From Trichodelitschia bisporula (Eukaryota), in assembly GCA_010356995.1 (NCBI GenBank), contig ML996703.1:744001-785001 (forward strand): a stretch of DNA of 41,001 bases. The letters run 5' to 3'. Each line of letters starts with the position of its first letter. Position 1 is the first letter of the stretch. Below the pieces are notes generated by a model that had not been told where the DNA came from, ran no database searches, and saw only the letters and a list, made by a program, of their open reading frames with translations. Below, one piece after another: positions 25,801 to 35,131 of this stretch. A program made the position numbers and the translations under genes.

Positions 25801-26549
25801 TCGAAGACAACTGCCACACCCTGGCGGTCGTCGACCTCGCCGTCGGCCCCCTCTCCAGCATCAGCCATATGTTCATCCTCATCTTGAGCATCGTAGTCGG
25901 TAATCTTCTTGCCCAGATTGACCAGCTCGTTGAACTCCTTTGAGCTCATGGTGACACCCAAAATGTCATCCACCTCCTTCTTTTTGTCAAAGTCCTTCAA
26001 ATCTTCGTCCTTCAAGTATTCCAATACGGCATCCGCAGCGCTGCGCGTGACTGTGTTTGGCACATCACCCAACTTGCGCGCAACCATCGTCGTGATCAAC
26101 TCGAACGTGGCCCGGGTAGCCGGCGTCTTGGGGCGGTACTTCAGCCCCTCAACCAGCAGATCCTGCTGCGACAGAATGCCCGCGCCACGTAGCTGTGCTG
26201 GCTCGCCGCGACCCTTCTTCTTCTGTTGTTGTAGGACCGACGCACCCTCGTCGAACTTGCCGCGCTCCACATCCAACGTCTGACGCGGTTTCTTCTGCGT
26301 CGGTAGATTGTCGCGCCCGGTACGCCCACCCATGTCTTTGATGCTGATGCGGCCAGCGAGCGATTCGGGATCACCAGTGTTCTCATCGGTACGCCGCGTC
26401 ACGAAGCGCCGGTCGGCTTGCAACACCAAGTTGGACATGGCTGTGTATTTGAACTGCGACAGATTGTTGGACTTCTCGCCCTGGCCACCCTGCCCTCCTT
26501 GAGCGCCCTGCCCTCTTTGGGCGCCTTGCCCTCCTTTGCGATCGGCCAT
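19848..26549 (-). CDS. BRR2: U5 snRNP 200 kDa Ski2-like RNA helicase Brr2 (2233 aa, no introns)
   Basis: APTGSGKT, DEIH, SAT, QMLGRAGRPQYD; second degenerate helicase cassette (ADDLH); two Sec63 domains; N-terminal SNLVLQADRR. Confidence 0.99.
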   Translation of the reverse strand: MADRKGGQGAQRGQGAQGGQGGQGEKSNNLSQFKYTAMSNLVLQADRRFVTRRTDENTGDPESLAGRISIKDMGGRTGRDNLPTQKKPRQTLDVERGKFDEGASVLQQQKKKGRGEPAQLRGAGILSQQDLLVEGLKYRPKTPATRATFELITTMVARKLGDVPNTVTRSAADAVLEYLKDEDLKDFDKKKEVDDILGVTMSSKEFNELVNLGKKITDYDAQDEDEHMADAGEGADGEVDDRQGVAVVFDEDEDDEAAGQTFEIRDEGDTSDEELEDEEEQPVEDGDITAGNETGPELDADGELIIRTGVDDVAKKQKGESIIQAYDIDAFWLQRQIGRIYEDPHTQQEKTKDALEILAGTDEEGEEKPLREIENELMDLFDYEHPELVSKLVLNRDKIVWVTRWRRAADDKDARQVIEREMIAAGHRNMLTELRTREVAEDDSSGAKKMKLDLMDIDRPEPKAEEADGKEQGLKGGLQPKRLINLENLVFEQGNHLMTNSNVKLPQGSTKRTFKGYEEIHVPAPKPKRDANETPDLPTSTLPEWARIGFGSSAKLNRIQTRCYPSAFEDDGNMLVCAPTGSGKTNVAMLAMLREIGKHRNPETGEINLDEFKIIYIAPLKALVQEQVGNFGARLKPYGITVSELTGDRQLTKQQIADTQIIVTTPEKWDVITRKATDTSYTNLVRLICIDEIHLLHDDRGPVLESIVSRTIRRTEQTGDPVRILGLSATLPNYRDVASFLRVDPIKGLFHFDGSFRPCPLKQEFIGVTDKKAIKQLKTMNDVCYRKVLEQVGQSRNQMLIFVHSRKETAKTAKYIRDKALEEDTIGQILRSDAASREILREEADAINNADLKDLMPYGFGIHHAGMTRADRTSVEELFAGGQLQVLVCTATLAWGVNLPAHTVIIKGTQIYSPEKGSWVELSPQDVLQMLGRAGRPQYDTYGEGIIITTQAEIQYYLSLLNQQLPIESQFVSKLADNLNAEIVLGNVRNRDEGVEWLGYTYLFVRMLRSPGLYSVGPEYQDDVALEQKRVDLIHSAATVLEKCGLAKYDLRSGKLQTTELGRIASHYYITHNSMAVYNQHIQPSISQIELFRIFALSDEFKYIPVRQDEKLEIAKMIGRVPIPVKETIEEPHAKINVLLQAYISRLKLEGLALMADMVYVTQSAGRILRAIFEICLRKGWSSVAKVALDLCKMAEKRMWPTMSPLRQFPHCSRDIIQKAERIDVPWSHYFDLDPPRMSELLGMPKAGKNVCSLVEKFPRLDLQAQVQPVTRSVLRVDLTITPNFEWDDTIHGAAESFWILVEDCDGEEILYHDLFFLRRDYAVGEMKEHLVDFTVPISEPMPPHYFITVISDRWMHSESKVAVSFQKLILPEKFPPHTPLLDLQALPVSALKVTEYQNLYPNWGQFNKVQTQVFQSLYSTDDNVFLGAPTGIGKTVCAEFALLRHWRNPESGRAVYIAPFQELVDLRFKDWQKRLSGLAGGKELVKLTGESTADLRLLERGDLILATPQQWDVVSGQWQRRKNVQSVTLFIADDLHLLGGFGGYIYEAIVSRMHAMSQQLESGLRIVGLSVSLSNARDIGEWIGATKHTIFNFSPAVRAVPLELHIQSFTIPHFPSLMLAMAKPVYQSILTLSVDKPALVFVPNRKQSRATALDLLAAATADDNEDRFLNAPLEQLQPVLEKINERALMESLQHGIGYYHEALDSFDKRAVLHLFQIGAIQVLLVSRDCCWELDVNAHLVVVMGTQFFDGREHRYIDYTIAEILQMFGKSGQIGKDKISKGVLMLPAVKRDYYKKFLNEALPIESQLQGYLHDAFVGEISTGMISSTQDAVDWSTYTYFYRRLLANPSFYGLTDTSHEGLSAFLSELVETTLKDLVEAKMIELDEEDDSITPMNAARIAAYYKISFITMQTFLLSLNAKTKLKGILEIVTSATEFENIQIRRHEDTVLRRIYDRVPVKMSQPDYNSPHFKAFVLLQAHFSRMQLPIDLAKDQEVILKKALNLLSACVDILSSEGHLNAMNAMEMSQMVVQAMWDRDSPLMQIPHFDDKAIRAATAAGIEDIYSFMEAMDPSENAQYEQLVAALGLSNRQLADAANFTNTTYPNLDLSFEVLGKEDISTGEPAFLEVTIERQLDEDEEPNTKVHAPFFPLEKAENWWLVVGNEATKSLYGIKRITVGRSLKTKLDYIVQNPGQQELTLYLMSDSYFGVDQAPTFTIDAAEGMDEDEDEEMEDE

Positions 26550-28049
26550 GATGAAAGAGTATGTTTAGGACGCGGGAGAGATGGTGATGATGGGCGGACG
26601 TTTGCGCAAGTAAAGCGCGTTGGTGAGTTGGAGGATGTCCTAGTCAAAGTTCGGTGCGGTGATTTGAGTTGAGATAAGGTAATGCGGAGAGAATTAACGC
26701 GCTTCCTATGTGGCGAAGGAGCGGCGATGTAGAAGTTGACGATTCGCGACGCCGTTCTGAAATGTCCGGGCAACATAGGCTGAAGCTTCTCCACGTCCGG
26801 AGAAAGGTTTTCCCGGTGGCGTCCAAAGTTTGGCGGGCTTGAACATCAGAGCCATGTCGTTCAAGCAACATCAAACATCCTAAGTTGTGTTCTTAAGGAC
26901 AGAAAGGATCACCATGATGAAGTCCACTATATTCGGTTCAGCCGTGATCCATCGCGTTGAAAGAACTGCTTTGACCTAAGGCATTTCGGATCAAAGATGT
27001 GACTCCTGTCAATAGTGAGATGGAAACTGAAGCAACCAGTGCAAGCAAAGCGAAAGCGGTTACTTCCCACGCGACTGGACTCTTGCGGAACCCGACCAGT
27101 TCCCCCCGTACAATCTCGGCCAACGCCTGTCACGATTCATGTCTCCCCCTCCGTCGAGGACGCGCGTAACTTTCGGTTCCCCAAAATCCGATATGTGGGC
27201 TTTCATCTTCACAAATCGACATGTCGTCCAGTAACTCACATGGTATTGGAGATTGTCATGGTTCCCGCTGATCTGCAGCCAACACCATCGGCTCCGGTAT
27301 CTCAAAGCCCTAAAAATCGGTATGTTACAGATGCCGGCCGAATCCAAGATTTGTCGCATCTACATCGGACGTCAGACAAAGAACATAAAACATCATCACA
27401 CCAACCCAACTACTGAAAACGCCAGGCTCATAAACTTCACGGCCGTGGCGGACTTAACCACAGTAGTTCTAATATGGGTCAATCTTCGGCCACAAGGAAT
27501 AGGATCCCAGATACGATCGATATACAACTGATATACCATGGAGGCCCGTGCTCCCCGCCAGATGTCTCTTTACCCCAATGCCTACGGTTCGTCCTCTTCC
27601 GCCTACCGCCACACCGTCTGACGCCCTCCGGCCGGTGGTCGGCACGCAGGGTTAACGCCCTCTAACGGTCCACGCGAACGGCATGTAAAGTAGCTGGGGC
27701 GGATATTGCGCGCCATTTATCTAGCGCACGTATACAGCCTGAAAACGAGCGACAGCCTCTTGTGGTGTGAACCCTAACTGCCGCAGCCTATTGGCAGCCC
27801 ACCATCGTGGGCGCCAACAGAGAGTCTCGACAGCAATATGCACGATCCAATATCTCGCCGGCATTTCACAGGGTATGTGTAATCTGTTTGGCTGTTTGTC
27901 TATGCCTTCACTGTATCCTTGGACGGATGGCAATTTATGTCGCTGTTTGCAAAAGGGATTATATGAACCTACAACCCAGCCTTCTCCAAACACATCCAGC
28001 ATCCCACACTCTCTAGCCAGTCCGCCTTAGAACCACCGCCATCGTCGCC

Positions 28050-28877
28050 ATGAAGGCCTCACTCACACTCGTTTTTCTGTCCGCGGTCTCGCCGATCTGG
28101 GCGCAAAAGTGCCAGACACTGCCCAAGGAGGTTAAGCTGGGTCCCGCCATCGAGATGAAGGCGTCCGACATCCCGCAAGGCTGCGCCGACTTCGAAGTCC
28201 TCGTGGGTACGTTACCCACGCCGCTACCCGCATGCGTCCGATCAGAGCCCCCTGCTAACACCCTGCCACAGCCCGCGGGACCAGCGAGCCAAACTACGCT
28301 AACGGCGGCAAATTCGGCGTCGTCGTCGGCGACCCTGTCGTCAGCAATCTGACCAAGGTGCTCCCGGGGGCGCGCGGCTACCCCGTGCAGTATCCGGCGA
28401 GCAGCAGTGCAATGACTGGCGTGACGCAAGGCGCGGCCGACGTAGTCAACCGCCTCAAGAAGCTGGACAAGGAGTGCCCGAACATGAAGTTCGCCCTTGT
28501 CGGCTACTCGCAGGGCGCGGCCGTCATGCACGCTGCCGGCAACAAGATTCCCGCTGAGATTCAGCCGAAGGTGGTCGCTCTCGTCATGTTCGGTGATCCG
28601 GCCCTGCGCAGTGCAAGCAGTGGCGCCCCGTTTCCTCCGTTGCTGCAGGGGCGGTTGTTGGAGAACTGCGCTGAGGGCGATTCGGTACGTTTTGCCTCGC
28701 TTTCATCGTTTCAGGGGAACTTGGGACTAACAGATCCAGGTCTGCGACAAGGGCTCATGCTTCTACCCTCATTTGACCTACATGAGGATAGAATGGGTGG
28801 ACAGGACGGTCAACTTCCTTGTCAATGCCTTCAAGGGGACACCTCTACCGGCGAAGCCCAGTGGCGTGGGATTGTAA
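28050..28877 (+). CDS. Secreted cutinase (CE5); 2 introns
   Basis: Signal peptide, ARGTSE, GYSQG nucleophile, VMFGDP, NCAEGDS|VCD, PHLTY. Catalytic triad complete. Confidence 0.93.
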
Positions 28878-29669
28878 ATTCGATATATGGGAGTAGACAT
28901 GAGCAGCATCGCGCATCCCGGGCTATCGGAGTGTCAGCAGAAAATTGTAGTACCAAAAAGGGACGCAGAGACTGCTCCCCCTGAATTGTTGCATCCCGTT
29001 GTGCCACCTACCTGCTCAGCCGAACACTTATTGCACTGATATGTTAACCTATATGGGGCTCGAGCTTCAAGCGAAAACTTGACGGCGCAAGACGCATGGA
29101 CGAACAATTGCAACCAGCTACACGCTTAGCATCGATGTCGTGTCCAGGACTTGGGAGGAAAGTGATACAAGTCCATCCGGCACTACCATAACAGTAGCAT
29201 GCGGCGCAAATTTCCGGTCACTAGCTAGCGAGCATTCGGGTCCGCACGAGGACGCGACAAAGACGCGTCTTCCCAGTCACATTCCCCAGGATCGGGCGTC
29301 CAGGTCATGAACCAGCCGTGGGCGCGCGAGGAGTCGATCCTGTCAATGCAGGCCGTTGAAAAGGGCGATGCTGCGGGGTTGGTGTTTCGAAAACGGGGTG
29401 ACGCAAGGCGCGGGTCGAACGTTACGCAGAGCACCCTAGCCAATTTCGGCATCGAGATGGCAGGAACCGTTGCCTTTGGGATAGTCGGAAGGTCCGGAGG
29501 ACACAGAGATGCTACCCATCGCAGATACCCTGTGCTGCGAGAGGGAAATCTGGCGGGTGCAACAAGGCGGCCAAGTCGTATGGGACACGGCTACTTGAAG
29601 AGGGGCATCCGCAGGTTAATGGTGTACTCCAGCAACACTTCCAGAGATCTTTCGCCCTAACTGCGCAGC

Positions 29670-30192
29670 ATGAAGTTCATATCCCTCGTCCTCTCTGCTT
29701 CGGTTGTTGCCGCGCGATTCTGGCTGCGCGACACCCCGGCGCCCAGCTCTGACCCGATTGATCCCAATGACAGCGAGGCGCAGAGTCCCGAGCCGAGCCG
29801 TAAGTCGATACCACAACCTACTGTAGAGAGATGCTGACCCATACGCAGAGGTGTACGTGACCGGCTTCCCCATTTGCAATGTCTCCGGATTCACCGAAGT
29901 GCCCGTAAGTCTTGCGATCTCGCCAAGTATCGCGACAACTAACACCGGGCAGGGTCGTTATATTGAGACAATATTTAAAGACGGCGGGATGACGCTTCCG
30001 GACTGCGCGGACGCGTGTCGGACAAACGATACGTGTATGTCGATTGCCTTTGCTCAATTGTATGGCGAGTGTCTATTCTTCGACCATTCGACGGAGGATG
30101 TGCAGCTGTTGGAGGACGACACGAGCATCTTCGCGCACTATGACAATGAATGCGATATTGACTGCGACCCGGAAGACGAAGGGACAAAGTAA
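29670..30192 (+). CDS. Small secreted acidic Cys-rich protein (~157 aa) with Apple/PAN-like domain; 1 intron (29800-29848)
   Basis: MKFISLVLSASVVAA signal peptide. GTAAGT..GCTGAC..CAG intron restores the frame. Cys pattern CNVSG..CADAC..CMSIAF..CLFF..YDNEC. Confidence 0.8.
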
Positions 30193-31075
30193 GGACCTAG
30201 CCGAATCCTTAGAGACGTGAGACAGCAGGTGCGGATAGCCTAGATGGATGATGGCTTGGTTCCTTGAGGTGTTAGAAAGTGGGGAGAGCAAGATTAGCCT
30301 GCGATACATTCCAAAAGTACCCTTCTCCTCCAGATGAAAAACGAGCGGTGAGATGGATGTCTCTGCCATGCCTTTGACACACACTACCGTACAGTAGAAT
30401 CGTCACTTATCAGTTGTGGTGCACCAACAACCCCGGTCCCTGAGCTGGTGGCGCTCGCTTGCGAGGATTCCATTCGACGCATTTCCCCGCCATGCCAAAG
30501 CTGACGAGCATGGTGATGTTAATCTGGGGCATATGTGCAAGGCATCGAATTCCACCTTGATGATCGACGTCCTCGTGATGGTGAGATGGTGCTTGGGAGC
30601 GTGGGGTGTGGGAGTAGTTCGAGAAGATGCGTTGACGGGACTGTGGTTCTTGGAGACGAGAGACGTCAAGAAAGTTTCTAGTTCCAGTTCTAGTCCACTG
30701 TTCTGGACCCGCCAACTGGAACTAGTTCTACCAGTCCAAGCTACAGTAGAGATCGTATCCAGGACTGCCAACTCCTTGGTCGTTGCACGGTTGGGAGGGA
30801 GGAGTGTCAAAGTGAAATTCGCCCACCCACTCTCTTGCCCCAACCCCATCGCCTTGCCTCACACTAGCGCCAACGGCTGCAACCCCGCTGCAAGCTGCAA
30901 GCCCCTCAACGCGCGAAATAAACTTGGATGAATGAGAGAGGAATGCCACTGCGCTGAATCGTCGCAGCCTCGTCGCTGACCCACAATCCCATCTGAAAAC
31001 TCTCCCCGCCCTCCTGCATCGTCTTCACTCTCCACTCCTCCATCGCTCCGCTTCCTATCTCTAATTCCCTGCATC

Positions 31076-31847
31076 ATGACGCGTCGCATTGTGTACGGAA
31101 TGGGCCTTTGGGCCACTCTGGCCGGTATATACACCGTCATACTTCCTCACCACAAATCCCGCTGACCCACTTCCCACAGCGACTGCCCTCACTCTTGCTG
31201 CCATCATCCTCCCCCGCTGGCTCTACTGGGACAACGTACGCCATTTACAACTCTCACCATGAGCGAAACCTCGCATTAACCGTCACAGGGCGACTCGGAT
31301 TCTCCTCGTCTTGAATATGGCCTCCATAAAAGCTGCTCTACCGTGCGCAGCGGCTGCACACCGTTTCCGCGCGCCAGCGAATGTCGTACCGACCCACGCT
31401 TTTGCTCCATGTGGCGCACCGTCGGCTTCTTCATGTCGTTTACAGTGATGCTGGAATTGGTTGCGCTGATCGCCTTCGTCGTGGTCATTCTGGGCCCGAA
31501 GCAGCGTCGCGACTTCGGTTGGAAGATTACCTGCCCGTTGCTTGGGCTTGCAGTCGCTACACAAGTGTCGTGCATGGCTATTCTGGTGAGCTCTCTTTCA
31601 CCGCGTGGCCTTCCACGCTCAGTACCCTTGGATACCTGAAATGAAATCTGACAGTTTCCCTCAGATCCATCTCTTCAACAATCACCCGCGGTTCATTCCC
31701 GGCTGGCATTTTGACACCTCCTTCACGTTGTGTATTCTGAGCTGGATCATCGAGCTCGTCGCCGGGGCCGGCATCGCTACTGCAGCTTACCTGTTGCCAG
31801 AGGAGGGCGGCTACGAGCTCATACCCGGCGAATACAATTACTTCTAG
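31076..31847 (+). CDS. Four-TM claudin/PMP22/Sur7-like membrane protein; 3 introns
   Basis: MTRRIVYGMGLW, PRW..YGLHKSC..C loop motif, FCSMWRTVGF, GW..SFTLCILSW, EEGGYELIP. Confidence 0.8.
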
Positions 31848-32965
31848 CTCAGGACACGTGTTACGATTAGCAAAAGGACAGGGTCTCACAGCGTATACCT
31901 GGAGCGGCGTCAGGCTCATTTCTCGGGCGATGACGTCATTGGTGTGGATGATGTGCTTTCGCATGCTCGGTCGATGCTTTTTCTACTGGTTGTGTGGGCT
32001 ACGCAATGGAGAGCTCTGGGCGGCGTTGAAGGTTCACTATGGTCTTGTCAGCGATGATGATTTTGAAGCCATCTCTTGGATGGGGTTCGGTATCAGCTGG
32101 TTCTGCTCGTGTTTTGGGTGGTCTTTGTCTTCAATCCTGGTGTAGTGTGGTATGGGTAATTTGAAATACGACCCATTGAGCAATGACGGCTGTTTGGCGT
32201 TGCTGTCCGAGCTGGCGATGCGAACCAGGCACTTGAACCGGAGAGACGAGAGGGCCGGGAGAAGAGATAAGACGCAAGACGACCAGATAAGCGAATTGAG
32301 TGCAGAGTAACGAAGTACATCAGAAGCGACTATTCAGGTCCCCGGCTCTCAGTGGAGATAGGACATCTCGAGAAATTGGCTTCGGTGTACAACTGTACTT
32401 GCGCTTACGTCCCAGCGGCCCCTGGTGCGGTGGACTTGACCTAACAACTTACATGCCCCATGTAACCCCATATGGACTTTCTCCCCGATCTCCTCCGAGC
32501 CACCACGCCACACCTAACCCACATTCCACCAGCAATTGCTGCCGGAGCTTTCGAGTGTTTAGGCTCGTGCGCCCGAAAGTAGGAATCTACCGGCTGTCCC
32601 AGGTTGGTTCACGGTCAAGTTTACGTATCTCCTGCAATCCATTGATGTTACTGTATCAACGACTTGCAATTACGCTTCTCTTTCGACCGACGGTCTATAC
32701 ATTTGTCATCTAGTTCTATATACTTCACCCTCTTATAAGCTTCAACTGTTTCTTTTATCCATACAATATATACTTGTTCAAAAACTGCACTGTTTCATAA
32801 ACAAGTATGTGCGCCGCTCTAGAATGGTCCCGCATAAAGGCTAACATGAGTGCCAGATTATCATAACCCAACGGGTATGGTACTCTTTGCGCATGTGCGA
32901 AAAGCTCTCCTAGTCACTAGGATCATATCAGATGTATCGGTCGCATATCTTGGTGGCAAATTTCG

Positions 32966-33928
32966 TTACTCGAGCATCCGTTGGAGATTATCGAGAAAGC
33001 CGCCCTTTTCACCCTTCGTCCTCCTCAACGACGCCGCCCTCTCGCGTCGCCGCTGCGGTTCCGTCTCCCGCTCCAGCTCCTTCAATCGCTCCTCTGCCAG
33101 CTTCATTAATCCTTCCACAAAGCGTACCCTAGCCTTCTCCTCTGCCGTACCCTTCCATACCTCGCCTAGATCACGCAACGCTGCAATACGGGTCATGGCC
33201 GCCTCGCACCCGACACGCCGATCCTCGGCACCTACGATAAGGTCGGCAATCTCACCGCGTAGCCTCTCGCCGAATTCGCGTCCCTTCTCCTCACGACTGG
33301 CACTGTCGGCGCCGGGCTCGGGTGCGGAAACGGAGATGAGCGACGCGGTGAGAGAGACTTCGCTGGGTGGGATGGTCCATTGCATCGCTTCGCCGAACAC
33401 TTTGATCACACTTTCGAGACGCTGGCGGACATGCGTCAACGTACGGAGCTGGGTAATGTGGCCGGGCTCCGTGGGCGGTGTCTCGTGCGTCTCGTCGGAG
33501 GTCGCGGCGGCGGCAGACTTGAGCCCTTGCGGGACGAAATGTGCGACGTGCTCGTCGAGGCCATCACTTAATGTCTCCGCCAAACCGAGAGCCTCACCAC
33601 GCAACACCTCCACTTGGTAGGCAAGGCGGCCGCCGGCACGTAGGATGTCATCAGTCAACTGCGTAAGGACAGCTGTGAGCCGTGTGGTATGGGCATTGAG
33701 CTGAGCCAGTAAGATCTGAGTCTGACTTGAGAGTTCGGAGAGCGATGTGACATCCCCCGAGGCAGCACTGCGCGCTGTCGTCGTGTGCGTGGAGAGCGCG
33801 GGAAGGGTCGAGTTGAAGTATGCGGCTGGATCAAAAGTGTCCTGCAAGAAGGGACGCAATGCGGAGTCGGAGACATGTGGAGAGTAAACCTGCGGGTTCT
33901 CGAGGGAGGAGCCGGCCGGAATGGCCAT
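32966..33928 (-). CDS. Conserved coiled-coil protein, COG7-like N-terminus
   Basis: Uninterrupted ORF. PFLQDTFDPAAYFN followed by a long heptad helix, typical of CATCHR tethering-subunit N-termini. Start could be 33928 or 34027. Confidence 0.6.
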   Translation of the reverse strand: MAIPAGSSLENPQVYSPHVSDSALRPFLQDTFDPAAYFNSTLPALSTHTTTARSAASGDVTSLSELSSQTQILLAQLNAHTTRLTAVLTQLTDDILRAGGRLAYQVEVLRGEALGLAETLSDGLDEHVAHFVPQGLKSAAAATSDETHETPPTEPGHITQLRTLTHVRQRLESVIKVFGEAMQWTIPPSEVSLTASLISVSAPEPGADSASREEKGREFGERLRGEIADLIVGAEDRRVGCEAAMTRIAALRDLGEVWKGTAEEKARVRFVEGLMKLAEERLKELERETEPQRRRERAASLRRTKGEKGGFLDNLQRMLE

Positions 33929-35131
33929 GTTGGATGTCTTTGGTGCCTTTTCAGCTTTCTTCAGCTTTTTCCCGTCTGCTTCTGGTGACCCCCACTTGTG
34001 GTTACGGATGGTGTGCCGGAGGAACATATCGCCGGCTCACCGGAAGCTTGAGCAAGGCTGCACAGGCGATCCGAGCGCACTTCCCCACTCATTCCCGTTC
34101 GATAAACCTTATGACGGGAGTTGATTCTGGCGCGCTGTCTCAAGGGGCCTAAAGGTGCAAAGCAGCAGCCTTCATGTTAACAGACATATATTCAGCTTGC
34201 GGGTCATTAACCATTTCATCAGGATCATTAGATGGTAGAAGGCTCCATCAACTTCATGACCCAATAAGCTTCAGCTCCAACCAAGCCTCCGGGCATCAAG
34301 CTGCAGAGATCCCAGCTAGCTTCGAGAACTCGCCGCTTGAACGCCCTTGGCTCCCCACCGGCCCCGCCTCCAAATGTTCTTAATTGGACTTCAACTTGCT
34401 GTTCCGATACGGGTAAAGCCTTGCGGCGAGCCTTGAGCAGGTGCCGATCGTTGTCGGGATCGTAAAAGACGTCGGCAAACGACTTCAGCATGCCAATATT
34501 TCCCCAGCTTTTCCCAATTCAATTTGCTCGCAATATGAGTACAGAGCGGACTGGAAGAATGAGGTTGGCTCGGTTGCTTAGTGGCATGGTGGTGCAGCTC
34601 CCTTGCAGCACCTGCCTTGGGCCGGCATCCAGTCCATACCAGACGAAACGAAATCATTCTTCTGTTGCTTCCAAGACTTCTTTTCTTTGGCAAACGATGC
34701 AACGTGACACAGTGAATATCGGGGGAGGTGTTTCTACGGCTCTCGGCGATTAATGTGAGCGCGCATCCCCGCAGCCTGAGTTCCGAACCCCCCACTTCCA
34801 TCCCCGCGATTGCTGCCATCATCGCACTTCACTTCTTCTCCACCCCAGCCTCAACTTATTTTCTACAAACCTCATTCCTCCACCAGCTCCGTGTACCGCC
34901 TCCATCACTGCATCCATATTTTCTCCTCTGAGCAGCCATTCTCACATCCATTCATTGAGGACACACATCAAGCCTGTACTCACTCTGACACACTACTGGG
35001 GGTAGAAGACTTCCCGGTGTACTAGAGTAGTGCCGTGCACGCTTTAATTTCTTTTCGGTGCCTCACATACGGAATCCGGTACCGCGACCTCTGCCGCTGA
35101 AGTCAGTTTACAGGCCACCACTCGGCATATC

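Noticed and set aside
19635..26502. Numerous antisense and alternative-frame ORFs over BRR2 (and over other genes)
   Set aside because: Shadow ORFs produced by GC-rich codon bias opposite well-supported genes.
27770..27778. AACCCTAAC, a possible telomerase RNA template
   Set aside because: A 9-mer match is expected by chance in 41 kb, and a ~2-kb telomerase RNA starting here would run through the cutinase gene. No pseudoknot or CR4/5 was seen.
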